Assembly: GCF_042660085.1 (NCBI RefSeq)
Contig: NZ_JBHSTI010000044.1
Span: forward strand, 1 to 20,282
DNA length: 20,282 nucleotides
Direction: 5' to 3'
Origin: Longivirga aurantiaca
GTDB lineage: Bacteria; Actinomycetota; Actinomycetes; S36-B12; CAIYMF01
Shown: positions 14,098 through 20,282 of the stretch, piece by piece
How the letters are laid out: each line of letters begins with the position of its first letter
Position numbering within the stretch: position 1 is the stretch's first letter
Notes under the pieces: model-generated
The model's database searches: none
What the model saw: the letters and a program-made list of their open reading frames with translations, nothing else
Told to the model about the DNA's origin: nothing
Position numbers and translations under genes: made by a program

Positions 14098-14109
14098 GCT
14101 ACCGGTGCG

Positions 14110-16290
14110 TCAGCTCGCCTGGACGCAGGCGGTGCTGTCCTTCAGGCAGGCCGTGATCTCGCGCGCCAGCCACGGGCCGAGGGTGCGGGAGTACGTGCCC
14201 GAGAGGTGCAGCCCGTCGAAGTAGACCGAGACGCCGCCGACCGCGAAGTAGCACTGCGTCTCGTCGCAGAACCGGCTCGCGATGTCGATCGTCTTGAGGT
14301 CGGGGACCCGCCTCTCCATCTCGGCGGTCACCACCTGGGCGAGGAGCGCGCGGCTCACCGGGTTCGAGCACTGGCCGTGCTGCTGGAGGCACTCCGGCCC
14401 GTCGCGCCGGCTCACGACGCCGTCGGTGAGCGGTACGTCGCTGAGCCAGATGAGCGGCTTGCCGGCTGCGCGCACGCGCGAGATCGCGTCGACGTAGCCG
14501 TCGAGCGGTCGTGAGCCGTCGGCGTACCCGGCACGGAGGTCGGCCATGACGACGAGGTCGGCCTGCGGGACGAGCGTCGATACGACCCACGCGTTGCGCT
14601 GCTTGCAGCCGGCCAGCTCCTCGGCCGTGGTCTCGCGCAGCTCGTTCGGCGGCGGCGGCTCCATCGACGCGGGGCACCCGGCCCGCGCGGCGACGATCAC
14701 CTTCATGTCGAGATCCTTGCCCACCGCGTCGAACGCGTCGCTCCAGGCGGCGGCGTGCGAGTTGCCCCAGAGCAGGAGCGTCTTCTGGCCGTTGGGATCG
14801 CCGTACTCGCAGATGATGGTGCTGAACGGGCCGAGGTCGTCCGAGCACCGCGGCTTGCGCGACGCGATCGGCAGGTCGTTGTGGCCGGCGAGCGCGGCAG
14901 CCTGGCTCACCGGCGCGAACGGGTTGGCGCAGTCGTGGTCGAGGGCTGACGCGCCGAAGCAGCTGCCCGGCGTCTTGGTCTCCTGCTCGAACTCCTCGGT
15001 GGCTGCGGCCACCCGGGTCGCGCCGGCGTTCGAGAACGCGACCGAGGCGCCCACGACGACGGCGACGGCGACCGCACCTACGGCCCAGGCGCGCGCCGTG
15101 GTGCGCAGCAGCGAGCCACGGCGGAACGGCTGCTCGACGAGGCGATAGCTCAGCTCCGAGAAGCCCAGCATCACGACCAGCAGCAGCAGGAGCTCGCCGG
15201 TGCTGAGGGCGCGGCCGAGTGCCAGCGGCGCGAAGATCAGCAGCGGCCAGTGCCAGAGGTAGACCGAGTAGGAGATGTCGCCGAGGTGCTGGATCGGGCG
15301 AGGCCCGGCGAGGCGGTCGAACGAGAACCGGCCGGTCGGCCCGCCGAGGAGCACGAGGCACGTGCCCACGGTCGGCAGGAGGGCGGCGTACCCGGGGTAG
15401 GGGGTGTCGACCGTGATGACGACCATGCCGACGCCGATGAGCACGAGCCCGACCCATGGGGCCACGCGCAGACCGCGGACCGCCACGAGGGCGACGAGCC
15501 CGCCTGCCGCCAGCTGCCAGATGCGGGCGGGGGTGACGAAGTACGCCGGGCCCGGGTTGGCCACCGTGATGTAGAGCGAGTAGACGAGGCTCGACACGAG
15601 CACCAGGCCCATGATGAGCCCGGTGATGCCGCGCCCGCCCAGCCGCCCGCGCCCGCCGAAGCGCTTCGTGATCAGGGCGCCGACGAGCAGCAGGAGCGGC
15701 CAGAAGACGTAGAACTGCTCCTCGACCGACAGGGACCAGTAGTGCTGCACCGCCGTGGGGGTCGCGCCCTCAGCGCCGTAGTCGACGGCCTGCGCCGCCA
15801 GCATCCAGTTCTCCAGCGACACCGCCGAGGCCAGGACGTGCCGCCCGAGGTCGAACCACTGCGACACCGGCACGAGGAACCAGGACGCGATGAGCACGAA
15901 CACGAGCACCACGGTGGCGGCGGGCATGATGCGGCGGATGCGTGCGGCCCAGAACCTTGCGGCGAACGCGCCGGCGCCGTACTTCGTGACGTCGCGCAGG
16001 ATCTTGCCCGTGATGAGGAAGCCGGAGACGACGAAGAAGACGTCGACGCCGGTGAAGCCGCCCGGCAGGAGCGACGGCCAGAAGTGGAAGATGACGACCG
16101 AGGTCACCGCGATCGCGCGCAGGCCCTGGATGTCGGCCCGCACGCGGTGAGCGGGGGCGGGAGAAGGGGACCCTTCGGCGGCCGCGGCGGTACCTGCCGC
16201 GTCGGCAGGGAGGGTCCCTTGGGTCACCGGCCGATTGTACGGGCCCCCGGAGGCAGCGCCTGCGCCCGTGCTCTGCCCCAGGATGCCCAC
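14110..16290 (-). CDS. Membrane O-acyltransferase, acyltransferase-3 (OafA/YrhL) domain fused to a C-terminal SGNH-type extracytoplasmic domain
   Basis: RADIQGLRAIAVTSVVIFHFWPSLLPGGFTGVDVFFVVSGFLIT is the canonical AT3 N-terminal motif. About 10 TM segments follow, then a Cys-containing soluble domain (LLLWGNSHAAAW, FDGLHLS). The start is uncertain: GTG 16290 is used, and in-frame GTGs further downstream (lower coordinates) are possible. Confidence 0.82.
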   Translation of the reverse strand: MGILGQSTGAGAASGGPYNRPVTQGTLPADAAGTAAAAEGSPSPAPAHRVRADIQGLRAIAVTSVVIFHFWPSLLPGGFTGVDVFFVVSGFLITGKILRDVTKYGAGAFAARFWAARIRRIMPAATVVLVFVLIASWFLVPVSQWFDLGRHVLASAVSLENWMLAAQAVDYGAEGATPTAVQHYWSLSVEEQFYVFWPLLLLVGALITKRFGGRGRLGGRGITGLIMGLVLVSSLVYSLYITVANPGPAYFVTPARIWQLAAGGLVALVAVRGLRVAPWVGLVLIGVGMVVITVDTPYPGYAALLPTVGTCLVLLGGPTGRFSFDRLAGPRPIQHLGDISYSVYLWHWPLLIFAPLALGRALSTGELLLLLVVMLGFSELSYRLVEQPFRRGSLLRTTARAWAVGAVAVAVVVGASVAFSNAGATRVAAATEEFEQETKTPGSCFGASALDHDCANPFAPVSQAAALAGHNDLPIASRKPRCSDDLGPFSTIICEYGDPNGQKTLLLWGNSHAAAWSDAFDAVGKDLDMKVIVAARAGCPASMEPPPPNELRETTAEELAGCKQRNAWVVSTLVPQADLVVMADLRAGYADGSRPLDGYVDAISRVRAAGKPLIWLSDVPLTDGVVSRRDGPECLQQHGQCSNPVSRALLAQVVTAEMERRVPDLKTIDIASRFCDETQCYFAVGGVSVYFDGLHLSGTYSRTLGPWLAREITACLKDSTACVQAS

Positions 16291-16390
16291 GACGGATAGG
16301 GACGCTGGGATGTCTGCGTGCGTTCCACGGTCAGGGCGTGGGAGGCCCGTTCCTCGTGCTGGGAGGGGCTCGTCGTGACGTACGCCACGC

Positions 16391-17317
16391 TCAACCGGGC
16401 TGCTGCAGGCCGAGCCGCATGCGGGCGGCCCGCTCGGCTGGCGAGGTCGACGACAGAGCCCACATGAGGATGTCGATCATGCCGCGGGCGGCCCTCACCG
16501 CTCCCGGGCGCTGCGGCAGGCCGAGCAGAGCGGCGTCGGCCGGGTCGAGCGTGGCGGCAGCCGCGAGTGCGAGCACGCGGTAGGGCGCGCGGTAGGCGAT
16601 CGGCAGGTTCGGTGCGCGCAGGAACGCGGCGACGTCCTCGGTGGCGGGGGCGCGGCCGAAGCCGGGGTCGGCGCGGTACTCGTCGAGCTGCGCGCGGAGC
16701 TCGGCCTGCGTCTGAGGGAGGTCGGTCGCGCCGAGCAGCTCGGCCGAGGCCGCCCACTCGGCCACGTACGCGTCGGGACCGCCCGGGATCTCGCGGCTGC
16801 CGAGCGCGAGGTGCGCGGTGAGGAAGGAGTCGGTGAACGCGTCGTGCACCCAGCGCAGCAGATCCGGGTCGGACGCGGAGTAGGGCCGGCCGTCCGGGCC
16901 GGTGCCCGTGACGCGCTCGTGCATGCTGCGCACTGCGGCGGCCGTCGCCTGCGCGGTGGCGACGTCGGCGAAAGTCGTGATCACGAGCCACTGCGTCGTA
17001 CGCCGGAGCCGCCCGATGGTGTCGGTGCGGTACGCCGAGTGCTCGGCGACGCCGGTGACCGCGCCCGGCTGCAGCGCCTGCATCATGAGCGCGCGCACGC
17101 CGCCGACCAGGGTGCTGAGGGAGCCGTGCACGACCCACGAGGGGCCGTCGGGCTCGACGAGGCAGTCGGCGTCGCCGGTCGCGATGCGTGCCACCCACGG
17201 AGGCGTGCCATTCGGGTCGCCCGACAGGAGCGTGCGGAACATGCGGGCGACGAGCGGCACGTTGGCCTGCGGGACCTGCAGCGGCTCGGAGGCGGGGCTG
17301 AGGTCCGACGCGGTCAT
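16391..17317 (-). CDS. DUF2236 / MpaB-like oxygenase-family protein
   Basis: 308 aa from ATG 17317. Blocks VRALMMQALQPGAVTGVAEHSAYRTDTIGRLRRTTQWL, VRSMHERVTG, YSASDPDLLRWVHDAFTDSFL fit the DUF2236 pattern as I recall it. The 388-aa track version is an extension. Confidence 0.75.
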   Translation of the reverse strand: MTASDLSPASEPLQVPQANVPLVARMFRTLLSGDPNGTPPWVARIATGDADCLVEPDGPSWVVHGSLSTLVGGVRALMMQALQPGAVTGVAEHSAYRTDTIGRLRRTTQWLVITTFADVATAQATAAAVRSMHERVTGTGPDGRPYSASDPDLLRWVHDAFTDSFLTAHLALGSREIPGGPDAYVAEWAASAELLGATDLPQTQAELRAQLDEYRADPGFGRAPATEDVAAFLRAPNLPIAYRAPYRVLALAAAATLDPADAALLGLPQRPGAVRAARGMIDILMWALSSTSPAERAARMRLGLQQPG

Positions 17318-17408
17318 GCCTCCACCATGCCCGACTGCGCAGGGGATGCAATTCGGCCACCTGCACGGTGGCGCGCGGCCGCGCGCCCGCGACCGGCATG
17401 ATCGCGGC

Positions 17409-18443
17409 GTGGATCCCTCAACCGACCAGCCCGTCGTACGCCGCATCGCCCTCGTCGGGCTGGGGAGCGTCGGCCGGGCGCTGGCGGTCCTGGTGGCCGA
17501 GCGGCACGAGCAGATCGTGGCCGAGCTCGGCGTCGATCTGCGCATCACCGGCGTCATGACGCGGACGCTCGGCCTCGTCGACGCTGCCGACGGTCTCGAC
17601 CTGGCCGAGCTCGCGCGCGGAGCTGCCTCAGGCGGTCGGCCCTATGACGTGCGGGAGGTCGGCGCCTGGCTGGAGCACAGCCGGGCCGACGTCCTCGTCG
17701 AGGCGAGCGTCGTCGACCTCGACTCCGGGGAGCCGGCCACGGGCTTCCTGCGCGAGGCGCTGGGCCGCGGCATCCACGGGGTCACCGCCAACAAGGGGCC
17801 GGTGGTGCACGCGTATCGCGAGCTGACGGCCCTCGCCGATGCCCACGGCGTGCGGTTCCGGTTCGAGGCCGCCACCGCCGACTGCCTGCCGATCTACAAC
17901 CTCTACCGCGAGTCGCTGCCGCTGGACCGGCCGCACCGCTTCCGCGGGATGGTCAACGGCACGACGACGGTGATCCTCGAGACCATCGAGGCGGGCGGCA
18001 CGTACGCCGACGGCGTGGCCGAGGCGCAGCGCCGGGGGATCGCAGAGGCGGACCCGAGCCTCGACGTCGACGGACACGACGCGGCGGTGAAGGTGATCGC
18101 GATCGCGAACGTGCTCATGGGTGCCGACCTCCGGCTGACCGACATCGCCGTGACGGGCATCCGGGACCTCGACCCGGTCGAGGCGCGCGACGCCGCTTCC
18201 GCCGGCACGCCGATCCGCCTCGTGGCCGAGATCGAGTCCGTCGACGGCGTCGTGCACGCGCGCGTCGCCCCGGAGCGGCTCGATGCCCGCGACCCGTTCG
18301 TGCGCGTCGGCGGCGACGACCTGGCCGTCCACTTCGACGGCGACCTCATGCCCGGGATCACCGTCGTCGGGCACGGCCTCACGCCCCGTGAGACGGCGTA
18401 CGGCGTGCTGTCGGACATCGTTGGAGTGCTGCGCGGGCGCTGA
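17409..18443 (+). CDS. Homoserine dehydrogenase-family protein (NAD-binding and catalytic domains, no ACT domain)
   Basis: In-frame GTG at 17409 gives VDPSTDQPVVRRIALVGLGSVGRAL (Rossmann start). Further blocks: GIHGVTANKGPV, FRFEAATADCLPI, MVNGTTTVILETIE, AEAQRRGIAEADPSLDVDGHDAAVKVIAIAN. The start choice is moderately uncertain. Confidence 0.78.
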   Translation: MDPSTDQPVVRRIALVGLGSVGRALAVLVAERHEQIVAELGVDLRITGVMTRTLGLVDAADGLDLAELARGAASGGRPYDVREVGAWLEHSRADVLVEASVVDLDSGEPATGFLREALGRGIHGVTANKGPVVHAYRELTALADAHGVRFRFEAATADCLPIYNLYRESLPLDRPHRFRGMVNGTTTVILETIEAGGTYADGVAEAQRRGIAEADPSLDVDGHDAAVKVIAIANVLMGADLRLTDIAVTGIRDLDPVEARDAASAGTPIRLVAEIESVDGVVHARVAPERLDARDPFVRVGGDDLAVHFDGDLMPGITVVGHGLTPRETAYGVLSDIVGVLRGR

Positions 18444-18498
18444 TCCTCTGCCGGCGGTCAGGGCTGGGAGACGACGAGGCCGGCCTGCGAGGACTCAC

Positions 18499-18969
18499 GT
18501 GTGCGACGGGTTCCGAAGAGTGTGGACATGGTTCCTGCTCCTGACGGTCTCGGCAGTGCTGCGGCGCCCCTTGCTCGTGGGGCTGACGGGAACGACTCTC
18601 CTCAGCCAGCGCGTGCGGCACCGTGGCCGCGGCGACCGTCGTACCGTCGTCGTGCTGACAGAGGTCACCGCCGCTGCACCGTGCGGGCAGGTCCGGCTCG
18701 TGGACGTCGACGGCTCGGTGCTGACCGGGCCTGCCGCCGGCGAGCTGGAGGTGTCGGTCGACGGCGTGCATCGGGCCGAGGGCATCGGGGGCTCCGTGAG
18801 ACGAAGCAAGCCGATCGACCGCGGGTCGTCGAGGGAATGCACGTCGACAGTCCACTCGTGGCGGTACCCCTCCGGCCCTCTCTCGCATCGACGAGAGGCG
18901 GCAGTGGAGTGCTCATGGCGCCAGCGCGGGTGGGACACTGATGGTGCAACCCGGATTCACGGGAGGTGA
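18499..18969 (+). CDS. Hypothetical protein with one N-terminal hydrophobic helix (weak call)
   Basis: GTG at 18499 lies 5 nt after GCGAGGA. GNN-rich codons appear in the first two thirds (TVVVLTEVTAAAPCGQVRLVDVDGSVLTGPAAGELEVSVDG). Its TGA (18967-18969) overlaps the GGGAGGTGA RBS of the next gene. The antisense ORF 18495..18938 shares the same GC3 phase, so codon bias cannot discriminate between them. Confidence 0.3.
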   Translation: MCDGFRRVWTWFLLLTVSAVLRRPLLVGLTGTTLLSQRVRHRGRGDRRTVVVLTEVTAAAPCGQVRLVDVDGSVLTGPAAGELEVSVDGVHRAEGIGGSVRRSKPIDRGSSRECTSTVHSWRYPSGPLSHRREAAVECSWRQRGWDTDGATRIHGR

Positions 18970-18974
18970 GTTCG

Positions 18975-19361
18975 ATGACGACACCTGCCATGCCGGCTGG
19001 GGCCACACCGACGCGGCACCAGAGCCAGCCACGCCGACGCTCCACCACCCTTACCTGGTGGTCGCTGGCGATGATCCCTGCCTCTGTGGTCAGCGCGGTC
19101 CTTGCCTTCGTCCTCGGAGCCGTGCTGATGGCCGCCACGGGAACACCGGAGGGCGCGCTGCTGACCTCGGCAGGACTTGAGGGATGGCTCGCGTGGTTCG
19201 CGGTGCTGCTGACGTTCCTGTCCGCCCCGGTCGCGGGCGTCGTGCTCGCGGTCCTCGCGCGGCGCTCTGGTGGTGGCGGACGGGCCATCCTTGCCCTCGT
19301 GGTCAACGGCTGCATCGCGGCGTACTTCGTGGTCAGCGCTGTCGGGAACCTGTTCCTGTAG
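18975..19361 (+). CDS. Small integral membrane protein (128 aa, about 3 TM helices), hypothetical
   Basis: ATG at 18975 lies 8 nt after GGGAGG (18961-18966). After a basic N-terminus (PRRRSTTLTWW) come three hydrophobic stretches (AMIPASVVSAVLAFVLGAVLMAA, WLAWFAVLLTFLSAPVAGVVLAVLA, AILALVVNGCIAAYFVVSAVG). Confidence 0.55.
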   Translation: MTTPAMPAGATPTRHQSQPRRRSTTLTWWSLAMIPASVVSAVLAFVLGAVLMAATGTPEGALLTSAGLEGWLAWFAVLLTFLSAPVAGVVLAVLARRSGGGGRAILALVVNGCIAAYFVVSAVGNLFL

Positions 19362-19493
19362 CGCGCCACTGGTATGCGGTCGACCGGCCGATCGGCTTCC
19401 GCGATCCAAACCGGCGCATGCACCCGCGCCCCATCGGTGGGGTCGTTCACGCCCCCACATCGCACGTGCTGCGGCCCGTGACCTGAGCAAACA

Positions 19494-19530
19494 ACGAAGC
19501 CGACCCAGCCCGTCGGCGGATCGGCTTCGT
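19494..19530 (-). terminator. Intrinsic terminator-like hairpin downstream (minus sense) of the tRNA fragment
   Basis: ACGAAGCCGA (19494-19503) is the exact reverse complement of TCGGCTTCGT (19521-19530), with a 17-nt loop. On the minus strand the stem is followed by UGUUUGCU. It lies 22 nt beyond the tRNA 3' end. Confidence 0.45.
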
Positions 19531-19552
19531 CGTGCTGCTGTCTCAAACAACG

Positions 19553-19594
19553 CGCGCCCGAGAGGGCTCGAACCTCTGACCTTCTGATCCGTAG
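19553..19594 (-). pseudogene. 3' fragment of tRNA-Arg(ACG): anticodon loop to discriminator, 5' half missing
   Basis: Minus strand reads CTACGGA-TCAGA-AGGTC-AGAGG-TTCGAGC-CCTCT-CGGGCGC-G. That is the anticodon loop (CU-ACG-GA), the 3' strand of the anticodon stem, a 5-nt variable loop, a perfect 5-bp T stem with a TTCGAGC loop, the acceptor 3' strand and the discriminator. Upstream sequence (GGGGCGCG) cannot pair with TCAGA, and no D-arm or GCGCCCG acceptor 5' strand is present. Confidence 0.6.
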
Positions 19595-19632
19595 CGCGCC
19601 CCGGATCGTGCTCGGGCATGTCGTGAGTGCAA

Positions 19633-19750
19633 GCGCACCAACGGATTTCGGCCTCGGAGGGGTCCGAACAGGCCGGAAATGGTACGAAGAGATGGCACGA
19701 GAAAAGGCACGGCTGGACCCGAACGATCACTCATCTCGTAGTGGTTGCGT
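19633..19750 (+). promoter_or_regulatory. Candidate riboswitch aptamer with ydaO/c-di-AMP-like sequence blocks (tentative)
   Basis: - Closing helix: GCGCACCA (19633-19640) pairs with UGGUUGCGU (19742-19750), 8 bp with one bulge.
- Internal blocks: CGGAGGGGUCC, GGUACGAAGAGA and CCCGAAC..UCACUCAUCUCGUAGUGG.
- These appear in the same order as the conserved ydaO blocks I recall (ACGGGGGACC / GGUAGGG / CCCGAACCCGnCAGCUnACCUCGUAGGCG).
- The canonical AAUC elements are poor. The region has noticeably lower GC than its surroundings. Confidence 0.33.
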
Positions 19751-19753
19751 CGT

Positions 19754-19785
19754 CAGACGCGGGGTGCTCGAATCCCCGCCGTCTG
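19754..19785 (+). promoter_or_regulatory. Strong GC hairpin (11 bp plus one bulge, 9-nt loop) directly after the candidate aptamer; candidate terminator/sequestor
   Basis: CAGACGCGGGG (19754-19764) pairs with CCCCGC(C)GTCTG (19774-19785), loop UGCUCGAAU. Its 3' arm is also the left arm of the 20-bp inverted repeat, so the two structures are mutually exclusive. Confidence 0.55.
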
Positions 19786-19896
19786 TCGTGCCGCGCGACC
19801 GCGTTCCCCATACCCAGCGGAAAGCCCGTGCCCGGCTGCTAGCGTGCCAACGCCGTCCAGGGAGGGGCCCAGTCCGGGCACGACAGACGGCGGGGA
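19773..19896 (+). repeat. Perfect 20-bp inverted repeat enclosing 84 nt, ending 2 nt before the RBS of the downstream gene
   Basis: 19773-19792 TCCCCGCCGTCTGTCGTGCC is the exact reverse complement of 19877-19896 GGCACGACAGACGGCGGGGA. A nested helix CCCC-AUA-CCC (19806-19815) pairs with GGG-A-GGGG (19860-19867). GAGG (19899-19902) and ATG 19909 follow. Confidence 0.65.
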
Positions 19897-19908
19897 ACGA
19901 GGCGAGGC

Positions 19909-20282
19909 ATGTCCAGTCGTTCGACGCTCGGGCGGCGCAGAGGCTTGATCGGCTTCGTAGCAGGCGTCGTGGTGACGGCCGCCGTCGTGGGCGGCGGCGC
20001 CGCGATCGCCGCAATCCCGTCGACGACGACATCGACTTACACCGCGTGCGTGAACAAGACCAGTGGTGCGACCCGCGTCATCGACTACCAGGGTGGCAAG
20101 CGCTGCACCACCGCCGAGCGAACCATTACCTGGGGCAAGGGCTACCGAAATCGCGGCGCCTGGTCTGCCACAACCACCTACGCGCCCCTCGACGTGGTCC
20201 TCACGAAGGGGTCGTCGTACGTGGCCAAGATCGCCTCCACCGGCAAGGCGCCCGTCTCCAACACCTCCTCGTGGGCGCTGCT
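19909..20282 (+). CDS. Secreted / membrane-anchored protein, N-terminal 124 codons (runs off the right edge); possible carbohydrate-binding-type repeat
   Basis: ATG 19909 lies 6 nt after GAGG. Product: MSSRSTLGRRRGLIGFVAGVVVTAAVVGGGAAIAAIP (basic n-region plus hydrophobic core), then TYTACVNKTSGATRVIDYQGGKRCTT (a Cys pair), then GAWSATTTYAPLDVVLTKGSSYVAKIASTGKAPVSNTSSWAL. The last block follows a W..Y..D.V...G..Y.A....G..P.....W pattern reminiscent of CBM5/12-type modules. It is open-ended and so absent from the ORF track. Confidence 0.7.
   Translation, partial: MSSRSTLGRRRGLIGFVAGVVVTAAVVGGGAAIAAIPSTTTSTYTACVNKTSGATRVIDYQGGKRCTTAERTITWGKGYRNRGAWSATTTYAPLDVVLTKGSSYVAKIASTGKAPVSNTSSWAL

Noticed and set aside
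16285-16300. ACGGATAG on the plus strand resembling the D-loop of tRNA-Arg, considered as the missing 5' half of the tRNA.
   Set aside because: It is only an 8-nt match, lies on the opposite strand and 3.3 kb away, and has no adjacent acceptor or anticodon-stem sequence.
19553-19640. A complete tRNA gene on the minus strand.
   Set aside because: Only the 3' 42 nt fold as tRNA. The sequence where the anticodon-stem 5' strand, D arm and acceptor 5' strand should be (GCACTCACGACATGCCCGAGCACGATCCGGGGCGCG) cannot form them, and forcing ATGCCCG as the acceptor gives a 67-nt molecule with a broken anticodon stem.
19754-19785. T-arm-like hairpin (GGGG-TGCTCGAAT-CCCC flanked by CAGACGC/GCCGTCTG), considered as a tRNA or tmRNA 3' remnant.
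   Set aside because: The loop is 9 nt rather than the canonical 7-nt TTCGAAT. No anticodon arm, D arm or tag-coding features flank it. It is better explained as part of the alternative-helix leader.
19773-19896. The 124-bp unit bounded by the 20-bp perfect inverted repeats, considered as a MITE.
   Set aside because: No target-site duplication is visible (flanks CTCGAA / ACGAGG), and I cannot test copy number from one window. I kept it as an alternative inside the regulatory-switch finding rather than calling it a mobile element.
1-20282. CRISPR arrays, transposases/IS elements, integrases, toxin-antitoxin pairs, or recognisable phage-defence genes.
   Set aside because: I found no periodic direct repeats and no ORF with transposase, integrase, nuclease-helicase or other defence-type motifs on either strand. 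The only mobility hint is the tRNA fragment.

Overview
High-GC (actinobacterial-type) DNA that is densely coding. Most long ORFs in the six-frame track are Arg/Pro/Ala-rich antisense shadows, so I called genes from protein plausibility, RBS placement and junction geometry.

The left half (about 260-10400) is an accessory-looking cluster for coenzyme M (CoM)-dependent epoxide/ketone metabolism plus bacterial-type CoM biosynthesis:
- A MetE-like epoxyalkane:CoM transferase followed by a 62-aa zinc-ribbon ORF.
- A divergent ComA phosphosulfolactate synthase.
- A tightly coupled five-gene minus-strand operon: argininosuccinate-lyase-like enzyme, then a 2-ketopropyl-CoM reductase/carboxylase homologue, then an unrecognised Cys-rich 319-aa protein, then an adenylosuccinate-lyase-like enzyme, then an ACC-deaminase-family PLP enzyme.
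- A divergent quinone-oxidoreductase-type MDR reductase.

No alkene monooxygenase, SDR hydroxyalkyl-CoM dehydrogenase or regulator is visible in the window.

The right half carries:
- A permease.
- A three-domain envelope-glycan modification protein (propeller-like + pyruvyl transferase + C-terminal domain).
- An OafA-type acyltransferase.
- A DUF2236/MpaB-like protein.
- A short homoserine-dehydrogenase-family protein.
- Two small membrane-protein ORFs.

The right end then holds several non-coding elements and one gene:
- A 42-nt 3' fragment of tRNA-Arg(ACG) that still has its downstream terminator. This is a possible integration scar.
- A structured roughly 270-nt leader with c-di-AMP (ydaO)-like sequence blocks and a three-segment mutually exclusive helix system that includes a perfect 20-bp inverted repeat.
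- A secreted-protein gene that runs off the window.

The best candidates for undescribed biology are the embedded Cys-rich protein, the zinc-ribbon/CGCGCG peptide and the structured leader. All family assignments rest on motif reading and memory; no searches were run.
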